Notes under the pieces: generated by a model
Seen by the model: the letters and a program-made list of their open reading frames with translations, nothing else
Told to the model about the DNA's origin: nothing
Database searches by the model: none
NCBI GenBank assembly: GCA_035403785.1
Contig: DAONFW010000002.1
Span: 12,676-76,675 of the forward strand
Reading direction: 5' to 3'
From: Minisyncoccota bacterium
GTDB taxonomy: Bacteria; Patescibacteriota; Minisyncoccia; Phycocordibacterales; UBA9973
Length of the DNA: 64,000 bases
In this document: positions 30,346 to 41,166 of the stretch, one piece after another
Layout: every line of letters starts with the position of its first letter
Numbering within the stretch: the first letter of the stretch is position 1
Position numbers and translations under genes: made by a program

Positions 30346-32160
30346 ATGGATTTAAAAAATATCAGAAATTTCAGTATTATCGCGCATATAGACCACGGTA
30401 AGAGTACTTTGGCTGATAGAATGCTTGAAATTACACACACTATTGAGAAAAGAAAAATGAAGGATCAGGTGCTGGATTCTATGGATCTTGAACGTGAAAG
30501 AGGTATTACTATCAAGATGCAGCCGGTGCGTATGGAATACGGTTTAAACGGCCAAAATTACGTTTTAAACCTGATTGATACGCCAGGGCATATAGATTTC
30601 TCATATGAAGTTTCTCGCGCGTTAAAAGCTGTTGAGGGCTCTATTTTGTTAGTAGATGCAACGCAGGGAGTTCAAGCACAGACTCTCACTACGCTTGAGA
30701 TGGCGAGAGAATCTGGGCTAGTTATAATTCCGGTTTTGTCAAAAATAGATTCGCCACTTGCGCGAGTTGATGAAATAAAAATGGAAGTTGCTGTTTTGCT
30801 TGATATAGATCCGGATAGTATTTTGACTGTCTCTGGAAAAACAGGAGAAGGCGTAGAAAATTTATTGCAAGAAATTATAAAAAGAATTCCTGCGCCAAAA
30901 GAGAGAGAAGTAATAAAAGATAGTGCGAGGGCTCTAGTTTTCGATTTCAAATATGATAATCACAGAGGCGTGATAGTGTATGTGCGAGTTTTTGACGGAG
31001 CGGTGAAGAAAGGCGATCACTTACTTTTTTCAGTCTCTGGAGAAAAATTTATTTGTCTGGAAGTTGGAACTTTTTCGCCGCAGGAAAGTCCAAAAGATTC
31101 TGTCGGCTCTGGAGAAATTGGTTACATAGTAACTGGAATTAAAAAGCCAGGAATCGCATCTGTTGGAGATACTATTACTTTTAGTAAAAAGCCGCTTTCT
31201 GCTTTATCTGGTTACATGAATCCAAAGCCAGTTGTATGGGCTTCTGTTTATCCTGAAGACGCAGATGATTTTGCTAATTTGAAATTAGCTTTAGGTAAAC
31301 TTAGACTTTCTGATTCTGCTTTCTCATATGAAGAAGAATCTTCAGGAACTTTGGGAAAAGGATTCAGATGTGGCTTTTTAGGAATGTTACATCTTGAGAT
31401 TATTACGGAAAGGTTAAGAAGAGAGTTTAATTTACATCTTGTTGTGACAATGCCGTCTATTACTTACAAGGTTTTGCTGAGAAATAACAAAGAGCAAATG
31501 ATTTATTCGCCGCACTTTTTCCCAGATGACAGTCAGGTTTTGAAAATTTATGAACCATGGGTCTCTGTAAAAATTATCGCGCCGCAAATTTATTCTGGAG
31601 TTCTAATGCCGTTCTTATTTGAGCACGAAGCAGAAGTGCACAGTACTGAGAACTTCGGAGATAACAGAACTGCTATTACTTTAGAAATGCCACTAAGAGA
31701 GCTTATGCGAAACTTTTTTGATGATTTGAAAAGTATAACTTCTGGTTACGCTTCTATTTCTTATGAGTTAGGTGAGTATAGAGAAGCAGATGTTGTAAGA
31801 TTAGATATTTTAGTCGCAGATGAGCCGGTTGTCGCTTTTTGTCGAGTTGTGTCAAGAAGAAGAATAGAAGAAGAAGCTCGTGCGCAGGTTGAAAAACTCA
31901 AGTCTATTATTCCAAGACAGCAGTTTGCTTTTAAAATTCAAGGTAAGGCTTTGGGTAGAATTATAGCTTCTGAGACTGTTTCTGCTTTTAGAAAAGATGT
32001 TTTGATGTTTGGTAGCAAGATGGTCGGAGGAGGTGATGTTAGTAGAAAAAAGAAAGTATTAGAAAAGCAGAAGAAAGGAAAAGCCAGAATGAAAGAAAAC
32101 GCCAAGGTAAATATTACACAAGACGTTTTCTTAAAAATGATGCGGTCTAATAAAGATTAA
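30346..32160 (+). CDS. lepA: Elongation factor 4
   Basis: IRNFSIIAHIDHGKSTLADR, GFRCGFLGMLH, GGDVSRKKKVLEKQKKGK. Confidence 0.97.
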   Translation: MDLKNIRNFSIIAHIDHGKSTLADRMLEITHTIEKRKMKDQVLDSMDLERERGITIKMQPVRMEYGLNGQNYVLNLIDTPGHIDFSYEVSRALKAVEGSILLVDATQGVQAQTLTTLEMARESGLVIIPVLSKIDSPLARVDEIKMEVAVLLDIDPDSILTVSGKTGEGVENLLQEIIKRIPAPKEREVIKDSARALVFDFKYDNHRGVIVYVRVFDGAVKKGDHLLFSVSGEKFICLEVGTFSPQESPKDSVGSGEIGYIVTGIKKPGIASVGDTITFSKKPLSALSGYMNPKPVVWASVYPEDADDFANLKLALGKLRLSDSAFSYEEESSGTLGKGFRCGFLGMLHLEIITERLRREFNLHLVVTMPSITYKVLLRNNKEQMIYSPHFFPDDSQVLKIYEPWVSVKIIAPQIYSGVLMPFLFEHEAEVHSTENFGDNRTAITLEMPLRELMRNFFDDLKSITSGYASISYELGEYREADVVRLDILVADEPVVAFCRVVSRRRIEEEARAQVEKLKSIIPRQQFAFKIQGKALGRIIASETVSAFRKDVLMFGSKMVGGGDVSRKKKVLEKQKKGKARMKENAKVNITQDVFLKMMRSNKD

Positions 32161-32170
32161 TTATTTTATT

Positions 32171-32284
32171 TTACTTTAATCTGAAAATAGGAGAATAAAG
32201 CAATATCATACTCAAGATTATGAGTACACACAAAACTGACCAAATTATCCTTATTTTCTTTTGATGTTTTTTATCGAAAAGCAT
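32171..32284 (-). CDS. 37-aa single-TM small protein (missed by the ORF track)
   Basis: MLFDKKHQKKIRIIWSVLCVLIILSMILLYSPIFRLK; TGATAGAAT extended -10 lies 6 nt before the ATG. Confidence 0.75.
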   Translation of the reverse strand: MLFDKKHQKKIRIIWSVLCVLIILSMILLYSPIFRLK

Positions 32285-32303
32285 ATAATGATTCTATCAG
32301 AAT

Positions 32304-32684
32304 ATGAGTAATTTTCAAGATAAAAAAAGTCGTAAAAAATTTTTTCAATCTAAGCCAGTTTTGGTGATACTTAGTCTGTTGCTCATACTTTTTCTTTTTG
32401 ATGTTGTAAAACTTGCAAGTAAAGCATCAGAAACTAAGAAAAATAAAGAAATAGCTCAAGCAAAAATTACTGAATTGCAAGAGCAAAAAGTCAAATTAGA
32501 GGCTGATATTCAGAAGTTAAACACAGAAAAGGGGATCGAAGAAAATATTCGTGAAAAATTTGGTTTGGCAAAAGAAGGCGAAGGGATGATCGTGATAGTT
32601 GATGATGAAAGTAAAAGTACTGAAGAAAATTTAGAAAAAAAGAGTGGCTTCCTTGAATTTTTCAAAAAAATGTTTAGTATGTAG
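32304..32684 (+). CDS. Septum formation initiator (FtsB/DivIC family)
   Basis: TM plus coiled coil, then IEENIREKFGLAKEGE. Confidence 0.85.
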   Translation: MSNFQDKKSRKKFFQSKPVLVILSLLLILFLFDVVKLASKASETKKNKEIAQAKITELQEQKVKLEADIQKLNTEKGIEENIREKFGLAKEGEGMIVIVDDESKSTEENLEKKSGFLEFFKKMFSM

Positions 32685-32689
32685 TTAAT

Positions 32690-33178
32690 ATGAAAAATTT
32701 AAAGGATTCAATAAAAGTTGGTTTGACGTTCGGTTTGACTTCTGGAGTTATTACGACTTTAGGTCTTATGGTTGGCTTAAATTCAGGAACTCAGTCAAAA
32801 TTGGCAGTTGTTGCTGGTATCTTAACTATTGCAATTGCAGATGCTTTTTCTGATGCGTTGGGAATTCACATTTCACAAGAATCAGCAAACAAACATTCTT
32901 CAAAAGATATCTGGGCTTCTACTTTTTCTACTTTCTTGTTTAAATTTATTTTTGCGATGACTTTTGTTATTCCAGTTTTAATCTTCAGTTTAGGTACAGC
33001 AGTAATTGTTAGTATCTTGTGGGGAATTCTTTTGATAACAGTGGCGAGTTATCTTATCGCAAAAGAAACGAACCAAAAGCCGTTCCATGTAATCTTCGAG
33101 CACTTACTTATTTCTGCTGTAGTTATTGTGATTGCAAATTATTTGGGAGTTTTGATAAACAGTGTATTTCTAAAGTAG
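32690..33178 (+). CDS. VIT1/CCC1-like membrane transporter (short form)
   Basis: FGLTSGVITTLGLMVG, AIADAFSDALGIHISQES. Confidence 0.8.
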   Translation: MKNLKDSIKVGLTFGLTSGVITTLGLMVGLNSGTQSKLAVVAGILTIAIADAFSDALGIHISQESANKHSSKDIWASTFSTFLFKFIFAMTFVIPVLIFSLGTAVIVSILWGILLITVASYLIAKETNQKPFHVIFEHLLISAVVIVIANYLGVLINSVFLK

Positions 33179-33192
33179 TTTCTTGAGTTTTT

Positions 33193-33414
33193 ATGTATAT
33201 AAAAGCAGAAGTTAAAACTAATGCTAAAAAAGAGAAACTCGAAGTAAAAGACGAGAATCGTTTTATTATTTCAGTAAAAGAAAAATCTGAAAGAAATATA
33301 GCTAATGAGAGAGTTATCCAGGTTTTAGCGGATTATTTTAAAATTTCTCCTTCAAAAATAAGGATAATTAACGGGCATCATAAATCTCACAAGCTTTTAA
33401 ATATATTTGAATAA
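33193..33414 (+). CDS. DUF167/YggU family protein
   Basis: VKTNAK, ISVKE....ANE.VI..LADYF, IINGHHKSHK. Confidence 0.85.
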   Translation: MYIKAEVKTNAKKEKLEVKDENRFIISVKEKSERNIANERVIQVLADYFKISPSKIRIINGHHKSHKLLNIFE

Positions 33415-33430
33415 ATGCTATAATATTTTT

Positions 33431-34441
33431 ATGAAAATAGTATTTTTTGAAGTTCCAAAATCGGAACAAGAAATCTTTTTAAATTATTTTAAAGATCAGG
33501 ATGTTATTCTTTATGAAGATAAATTAGAAATAGAAAATATTAATTTAGCCAAAGACGCTGATATAATTTCGGTTTTTGTTAATTCTGAAGTAAATAAAAA
33601 TATTATAGATTCTTTACCGAATTTAAAATATATAACTACCAGATCAACCGGTTTTGATCACATTGATATTGATTATTGCAAGACAAAGAATATAAAAGTT
33701 TCTAGTGTGCCAGCTTATGGATCGCACACTGTTGCTGAATTTGCTTTTGCTTTATTGCTAAATTTATCAAGAAAAATTTATGACGCTTATCATAATTTAA
33801 GAGAAGGCGCTGATTTTTCTATTTTTGATTTACAGGGATTTGATTTGTTTGGAAAAACTTTTGGCGTGATAGGCACAGGAAAAATTGGAAAAAATTCAGT
33901 AAAGATAGCAAAAGGATTTGGTATGAACGTAATTGCTTATGACTTACATCCGGATTTAGAATTTGCAAAAGAAAATAATTTTGAATACAAAACTTTTGAC
34001 GAAGTAATTAGTAACTCAGATGTTATAACTCTTCATGCGCCTTTTTGCAAAGAAAACTGTCACATAATAAATAAAGAAGCTATTTCAAAAATGAAAAAAG
34101 GTGTTTATTTGATAAATACAGCTCGTGGTGAATTGATAGACACAGAAGCATTGATTTGGGGATTGGATCAGAAAATTATTGCTGGCGCTGGACTAGATGT
34201 GTTAGAAGGCGAAAGAGATCTGAAAGAAGAGTTTGAAATTTTAGCTCACGCTGATAAAGGAAACAAGATTATTGATTATAAAAAATTATTAGAAGATAGA
34301 GTTTTAATAGACATGCCGAATGTGATAGTCACGCCACACATTGCTTTTTATTCAAAAGAAGCTGAATTTGAGATAATAAAAACAACAGAAGAAAATATTA
34401 AGAATTTTATTGATAATAAACCACAGAATTTGGTTAATTAA
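33431..34441 (+). CDS. D-2-hydroxyacid dehydrogenase (D-lactate dehydrogenase-like)
   Basis: TRSTGFDHID, VPAYG..TVAE, GTGKIG, INTARG, LDVLEGE, VTPHIAF. Start at ATG 33431. Confidence 0.9.
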   Translation: MKIVFFEVPKSEQEIFLNYFKDQDVILYEDKLEIENINLAKDADIISVFVNSEVNKNIIDSLPNLKYITTRSTGFDHIDIDYCKTKNIKVSSVPAYGSHTVAEFAFALLLNLSRKIYDAYHNLREGADFSIFDLQGFDLFGKTFGVIGTGKIGKNSVKIAKGFGMNVIAYDLHPDLEFAKENNFEYKTFDEVISNSDVITLHAPFCKENCHIINKEAISKMKKGVYLINTARGELIDTEALIWGLDQKIIAGAGLDVLEGERDLKEEFEILAHADKGNKIIDYKKLLEDRVLIDMPNVIVTPHIAFYSKEAEFEIIKTTEENIKNFIDNKPQNLVN

Positions 34442-34456
34442 AAATTTTTAAATCAA

Positions 34457-34496
34457 AATAGATAAAAAGCCTTAATTATAAGGCTTTTTATCTATT
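34457..34496 (+). terminator. Inverted repeat terminator after the dehydrogenase
   Basis: AATAGATAAAAAGCCTTA-atta-TAAGGCTTTTTATCTATT. Confidence 0.7.
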
Positions 34497-34523
34497 GACT
34501 TTTTATAAAATATATGATAAACT
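34495..34523 (+). promoter_or_regulatory. Sigma70 promoter of orphan gene 34650
   Basis: TTGACT-17 nt-TAAACT with TG extension. Confidence 0.7.
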
Positions 34524-34649
34524 ATGTCTCGTAAATAGTATTTTGAAAAAAATTTGTTTTTAGGTTTCAATATAGCTTTTTGGACGTTAATTTTTTAGCT
34601 TTTAGAAAGCTATATTGAATTTAATGAACTAAACTAAAAAACAAATAAT

Positions 34650-35291
34650 ATGAAAAAAAGATTTAAGATTGCTTTAGTGATATTTTTTTTCGTCACATTT
34701 TTTTCTGAGGTAAGCGCTCAGTATGTAAACAATGTTGATTCTTTAACCAGAAAAAGCTGCATTTTTGTAAATGCAGGACTGCAGGAATCTTTCCTGTTTT
34801 CGGAATCAGCTTTCGGGGCGAATTTCTCGGTTGGCTTTGGGGCCAGCTGGGGTAGGAAAATATCATTTGGTGTCGAAACAGAAATTAGTGACTGGAATAT
34901 GGCCACTAATTTTTATGGCTCTGGTGGTAGGGAGTCGGTTTTAAAGAATTTGTCCAACGTAAAAATTGGACCAAGTTTAATTTTGAATATTAAAAAGATG
35001 TCTTTTTCTACTACTGCTTCTGTTGGTTGGTTAACCGGCAGTGTGGAGCAATACAAAAGCAACGGAACTGAAACAAAAAGAGGAAAATCAGAAATCAGTC
35101 TGGTTACTCTTGGAGTTTCCGAAAGGATATCCTATTCTTTCGTTTCCTGGAAAAATATGTCTGTTTCTGCTTTTGTAAAAGTAGGAATAGACGCGATGAA
35201 AGATTGCTTACTTTTGCGTCCTAAAGGAAAAATTACATATGCTGCAACGGGTATGTTTGGAATAGAAATTTCAATTTTCCCCAAAAAATAA
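34650..35291 (+). CDS. Secreted protein resembling a small outer-membrane beta-barrel
   Basis: Signal peptide ending VSAQ; alternating Gly/aromatic strands (FVNAGL, ANFSVGFG, ISFGVETE, IGPSLIL, ASVGWL, VSAFVKVG, GMFGIEISIF). Confidence 0.55.
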   Translation: MKKRFKIALVIFFFVTFFSEVSAQYVNNVDSLTRKSCIFVNAGLQESFLFSESAFGANFSVGFGASWGRKISFGVETEISDWNMATNFYGSGGRESVLKNLSNVKIGPSLILNIKKMSFSTTASVGWLTGSVEQYKSNGTETKRGKSEISLVTLGVSERISYSFVSWKNMSVSAFVKVGIDAMKDCLLLRPKGKITYAATGMFGIEISIFPKK

Positions 35292-35313
35292 AATAAGTTT
35301 TAAAAAGAAATAT

Positions 35314-35352
35314 AAAGCGTCAAAAAGTTAAACTTTTTGACGCTTTTTTTTT
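35314..35352 (+). terminator. Intrinsic terminator
   Basis: AAAGCGTCAAAAAGT..ACTTTTTGACGCTTT followed by a T run. Confidence 0.8.
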
Positions 35353-35447
35353 TTATTTTTAAAAACAAATCAATTATGTTAACATTAATAATAACAATAG
35401 TTTAAAAATTAGAAGGAAATTTATTATATTTTATATAAGTAATTAAC

Positions 35448-36248
35448 ATGAATTCAAAAGCACAAATAGTAGCAACAATAGGTCCAGCGTCGAGAGACAG
35501 AAATGTTTTGAAAAAAATGATAGAACACAACATGGATGTTGCGCGTATTAATTTTTCTTGGGGAACTTATGCTGAACACGCTGAGCTTATAAAAACTATC
35601 AAAGAGGTTGCACAAGAAGTTGGCAGAAGAATTCCAATTATTCAGGATCTTTCTGGTCCAAGAGTGCAAGAAGAACATGGGCATGAATTCAAGGCTGGCG
35701 CGACTCAAGTAGTTACAGAAAAAGATGTTGCCGATTTGAAATTTGGCCTAGAGCAAGGAATAGATTATGTTGCTATGTCTTTTGTTGGCAGTGCTGGTGA
35801 CGTTTTAGAATTAAAAAATAAAATGAAAGAATTTGGCAGAGAAGTGCCAATAATTGCAAAAATAGAAAGAAAGGTAGCTGTAGAAAATTTAAAAGAAATA
35901 ATAAAAGTTTCTGATGCTATTATGGTTGCGCGTGGAGATTTGGGTAATGAATTTCCATTAGAGCAAATTCCGTTTGTTGAAAAAGATATTATAGAAAAAA
36001 GTAAAAAAGCAGGGAAGCCAGTGATTGTTGCTACCCAGATGATGCTTTCTATGACTGAAAATCTAGTGCCGACAAGAGCTGAAATGACTGACGTTGCTTA
36101 TGCTATTTTGACCGGTGCAGATGCTGTTATGCTTTCAGAAGAAAGTGCATTGGGTAAGCATCCCGTTGAAGTTGTAGAAATGATGGAAAGAGAAGTATTT
36201 GAATCAGAAAAGTATTTGCCAGCTGATGCAAAATTTAATCTTTTGTAA
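35448..36248 (+). CDS. Pyruvate kinase-like protein, A (TIM barrel) domain only
   Basis: [56 protein letters not shown]; 266 aa. Confidence 0.88.
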   Translation: MNSKAQIVATIGPASRDRNVLKKMIEHNMDVARINFSWGTYAEHAELIKTIKEVAQEVGRRIPIIQDLSGPRVQEEHGHEFKAGATQVVTEKDVADLKFGLEQGIDYVAMSFVGSAGDVLELKNKMKEFGREVPIIAKIERKVAVENLKEIIKVSDAIMVARGDLGNEFPLEQIPFVEKDIIEKSKKAGKPVIVATQMMLSMTENLVPTRAEMTDVAYAILTGADAVMLSEESALGKHPVEVVEMMEREVFESEKYLPADAKFNLL

Positions 36249-36306
36249 CTTTTTACTTAATTTTGCTTAATTTAACTTAATTTATTTTAATAATTTTATA
36301 ATTAAT

Positions 36307-36377
36307 GCGGGATTAGTTTAGTGGTAGAATGAGTCCTTCCCAAGGATTAGACACGGGTTCGATTCCCGTATCCCGCA
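36307..36377 (+). tRNA. tRNA-Gly(CCC)
   Basis: GCGGGAT..ATCCCGC-A; AGTCC-TTCCCAA-GGATT. Confidence 0.95.
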
Positions 36378-36554
36378 CAGGATGTTTAAATATTTAGCTC
36401 AAATATTTTTTATTTTCTATTTTTTAATAAAAATAAGCTGATTAAAGATGAAAAAATAGGATGTTTTATTTTTTCTGAAAAAGTGTTAAAATAGCTAAAC
36501 TAGTATTGAAATTATTAGGATTTTTAGAACTTAATTTAATAAGATTTAATAAAC

Positions 36555-37985
36555 ATGAATGAAATAATAAAAAAGACAAAAATAGTTTGTACAATCGGAC
36601 CTGCGACTGAAAGTGAAGAAATGCTGACAAGATTGGTATCGGCTGGAATGAATGTTATGCGTTTGAACTTTTCTCATGGAGATTTCAAAGAACATCAGAA
36701 TAGAGTTAATAATTTGAAAAAAGTTGAAAAGAAATTAGAAAAACCAGTTGCTATTTTGCAAGATTTGGCTGGACCAAAAATCAGAATTGGAAATTTTGAA
36801 AAAGGTTTTACTGTGTTAGAAGAGGGAAAATTTTTTACTTTGACTACGAAAGACATAGTGGGCACGGATGAGAAAGTAAGTATAAATTACAAAAATTTTA
36901 GTAAAGAAGTAAAAAAAGGTGATGCAGTATTGTTGCATGACGGAAAGAAAAAACTTGAAGTAATAGAAGTAAAGGGTGATGAAGTAAAATGTAAAGTAAT
37001 AATTGGCGGTGAGATAAAAGATCGCAGAGGTGTGAACTTGCCAGATACTGACTTATCTATCAGCGCGTTGACTGATAAAGATAAAAAAGATCTAGAATTT
37101 GGAGTAAAAAACAAAGTTGATTTTTTCGCGCTCTCTTTTGTGAGAAAACCAGAAGATATTACTGAATTGCGAAATATTTTAAATAAGAAAAAAAGTGACG
37201 CACATATTATTGCAAAAATAGAAACTCCGCAGGCTGTTGCAAATATTGATGAAATAATAAAATTAGCAGATGGTATCATGGTCGCGCGTGGAGATTTGGC
37301 AATAGAAATTCCAGCAGAAAGTGTGCCATCAGTGCAAAAAAATATAATTAAAAAATGTAATTTGGCTGGCAAACCGGTTATCACAGCAACACAAATGCTT
37401 GAATCTATGATAACTTCTCCAGTGCCTACTCGTGCAGAAGTTTCTGATATTGCAAATGCTATTCTAGATGGGACAGATGCGATTATGCTTTCAGAAGAGA
37501 CTACTTTGGGTAAATTTCCAGTAAAAGCAGTAGAAGTAATGAACCGAGTTGCGAAGAAAGTTGAAGTTGATTATTCACAAGGACAAATACCGATGATCAG
37601 AAAGAAATTTGAAAATACGCATGATGGAATTGCAGAATCTATAATTTACGAAGCTGTGAACGTTGCAACGAATGTGAAAGCAAAAAGAATAATAGTCTTA
37701 ACAAATTCTGGTTATTCTGCAAGAATGATGTCTAGATTAAGACCAAATCAATCTGTCTGGGCTTTGACTCCAAATATTCGCACTTATAGAAAAATGGTAT
37801 TAAGTTCTGGAGTTCAGCCAGTTTTGATTAAAAAATTTAAAACTTTTACAGAAGTTGTCAGTCTAGTTAGAAATTATTTGTTGAAAAATAAAAAAGTAGA
37901 AAAAGGTGACAATATAGTAATTCTTGCTGGTATGCCGTTCAATAAAATGATTGAGACTAATATGGTATTAGTAGAAAAAATATAA
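36555..37985 (+). CDS. pyk: Pyruvate kinase (full length)
   Basis: KTKIVCTIGPA, RLNFSHG, B domain (RRGVNLP), VARGDL, ATQMLESM, C domain. Confidence 0.97.
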   Translation: MNEIIKKTKIVCTIGPATESEEMLTRLVSAGMNVMRLNFSHGDFKEHQNRVNNLKKVEKKLEKPVAILQDLAGPKIRIGNFEKGFTVLEEGKFFTLTTKDIVGTDEKVSINYKNFSKEVKKGDAVLLHDGKKKLEVIEVKGDEVKCKVIIGGEIKDRRGVNLPDTDLSISALTDKDKKDLEFGVKNKVDFFALSFVRKPEDITELRNILNKKKSDAHIIAKIETPQAVANIDEIIKLADGIMVARGDLAIEIPAESVPSVQKNIIKKCNLAGKPVITATQMLESMITSPVPTRAEVSDIANAILDGTDAIMLSEETTLGKFPVKAVEVMNRVAKKVEVDYSQGQIPMIRKKFENTHDGIAESIIYEAVNVATNVKAKRIIVLTNSGYSARMMSRLRPNQSVWALTPNIRTYRKMVLSSGVQPVLIKKFKTFTEVVSLVRNYLLKNKKVEKGDNIVILAGMPFNKMIETNMVLVEKI

Positions 37986-39314
<1,329 letters not shown>

Positions 39315-39346
39315 AAAATAATAAAATAAAATGCTATAATTAAAAT

Positions 39347-40870
39347 ATGCAAAAAAAGCCAGTTTGCCTTGTTGTCCTAGATGGTTGGGGTTTCAGGGAA
39401 GAAAAAGAAAATAACGCTATTGCAGAGGCAAATTTGCCTTTTTATAACAAGCTGTGGCAAGAATTTCCGCATACTTTACTCAAAGCTAGTGGGCTTGCTG
39501 TTGGTTTACCAGAAGGGCAGATGGGGAATAGCGAAGTTGGTCACATGATAATCGGCGCGGGAAAGATTATTTATACAGATTTGGTGAGAATAAATAAATC
39601 CATAGAAGATAAAAGTTTTTTCGAAAATGAGACTATTTTGAAATTATTCGAGCATGCTAAAAAAAATGATTCTACTTTTCATGCGCTTGGATTGATTGGT
39701 CCTGGTGGTGTACACGCATATAGTGAACATCTGTTTGCTTTAATTAAAGCAGCGAAGGAATTTGGATTAAAAAAATTTACTATTCATGCTTTTACGGATG
39801 GACGTGACACTCCACCACAAAGCGCAGCTGAATATCTGATAGATTTAGAAAAAGAAATTTCAGATATTGGAATTGGTTTTATTGCTTCTATGACTGGTAG
39901 ATATTATGCGATGGATCGAGATAAAAACTGGGATAGATTAAAAAAAGCAGAAGACGCAATTTTTTCTGGAGAAGGAATGCAGGCAGGTGCCCAAAAAGCT
40001 GAAGATGTTGCTAAATTGCTTTATTCAAAAAATATAACAGATGAATATTTTGAACCAGTTGTTTTTTTAGATAAAGAAGGTCAGAAAGAATTAATTAGAG
40101 AAAACGATGCTGTGTTTTTCTTTAATTTCAGAGCAGACAGAGCAAGAATGCTTTCAGAAAAAATAATAAATTTTGCGAAAGATAGAAATATTTTATTTGG
40201 CACTATGACCGAATATGATAAAAATTTTGATTGTTTAGTCGCTTTTAAGCCAATAGAAATTGAGACTACTTTAGCAAAAGAAATTTCAAGAGCAGGTTTA
40301 ACTCAAGCCCATGTTGCTGAAACAGAAAAATATGCTCATGCTACTTATTTCTTAAACGGTGGCAAAGAAGAAACTTATGAAGGCGAGCAAGATATTCTTG
40401 TGCCATCTCGTAAAGATGTGGCGACGCATGATCTCGCACCAGAAATGAAAGCAGTAGAGATAGCAGATGAAGTGATAAAGCAGATAGAATCTGGTGTTGA
40501 TTTTATATTCGTTAATTTTGCAAATGCTGATATGGTAGGGCATACGGCAAATAAAGAAGCTATTATAACCGGATTAGAAACTGTAGATAAACAGCTTGAA
40601 AGAATTTTTGCTGAAGTAAACAAGAAAAATGGAATCATGTTTATTACAGCAGATCACGGAAATGCAGAATTAAATTTTGATACTAAAACAGGGAAGAAGC
40701 ATACTGCGCATACTACTAACCCCGTGCCTTTTATTTGTACAGACAAAGATAAAAAATTAAAAGAAAATAGTGGTACTTTGGCAGATATTACCCCGACTGT
40801 ATTTGATGAATTAGATATAAAAAAACCAGAATCTATGACGGGGATTTCTCTTTTTGAAAAAAATAGCTAG
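39347..40870 (+). CDS. gpmI: 2,3-bisphosphoglycerate-independent phosphoglycerate mutase
   Basis: LDGWG, GQMGNSEVGH, DGRDTPP, GRYYAMDRD, NADMVGHT, TADHGNAE. Confidence 0.97.
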   Translation: MQKKPVCLVVLDGWGFREEKENNAIAEANLPFYNKLWQEFPHTLLKASGLAVGLPEGQMGNSEVGHMIIGAGKIIYTDLVRINKSIEDKSFFENETILKLFEHAKKNDSTFHALGLIGPGGVHAYSEHLFALIKAAKEFGLKKFTIHAFTDGRDTPPQSAAEYLIDLEKEISDIGIGFIASMTGRYYAMDRDKNWDRLKKAEDAIFSGEGMQAGAQKAEDVAKLLYSKNITDEYFEPVVFLDKEGQKELIRENDAVFFFNFRADRARMLSEKIINFAKDRNILFGTMTEYDKNFDCLVAFKPIEIETTLAKEISRAGLTQAHVAETEKYAHATYFLNGGKEETYEGEQDILVPSRKDVATHDLAPEMKAVEIADEVIKQIESGVDFIFVNFANADMVGHTANKEAIITGLETVDKQLERIFAEVNKKNGIMFITADHGNAELNFDTKTGKKHTAHTTNPVPFICTDKDKKLKENSGTLADITPTVFDELDIKKPESMTGISLFEKNS

Positions 40871-40916
40871 TAGTGATAAAATATATAAACATTATTAATT
40901 TAATTTTAGTAAAATT

Positions 40917-41153
40917 ATGAAAAAAGTAGAAATTTATTCAACTCCGTCTTGTCATTTTTGTCACATGGCAAAAGATTTTTTTGCTGCAAATGGTGTAGCT
41001 TATACAGAATATAATGTTGCTGCTGATTTAGAAAAGAGAAAAGAAATGATGGAATTAACAGGACAAATGGGGGTTCCAGTAATTGTTATAGATGGTGATT
41101 GGATTGTTGGTTTTAATAAAGTAGATATTGCTAAAAAGTTGGGATTTATATAG
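40917..41153 (+). CDS. Glutaredoxin-like protein (NrdH/YruB family)
   Basis: YSTPSCHFC, GQMGVPVI, VGF. Confidence 0.9.
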   Translation: MKKVEIYSTPSCHFCHMAKDFFAANGVAYTEYNVAADLEKRKEMMELTGQMGVPVIVIDGDWIVGFNKVDIAKKLGFI

Positions 41154-41166
41154 TCTGTTTTATTTT

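Noticed and set aside
35448-36248. Short pyk as a pseudogene
   Set aside because: Clean frame, precise domain-boundary deletion and conserved active-site motifs argue for a functional gene.
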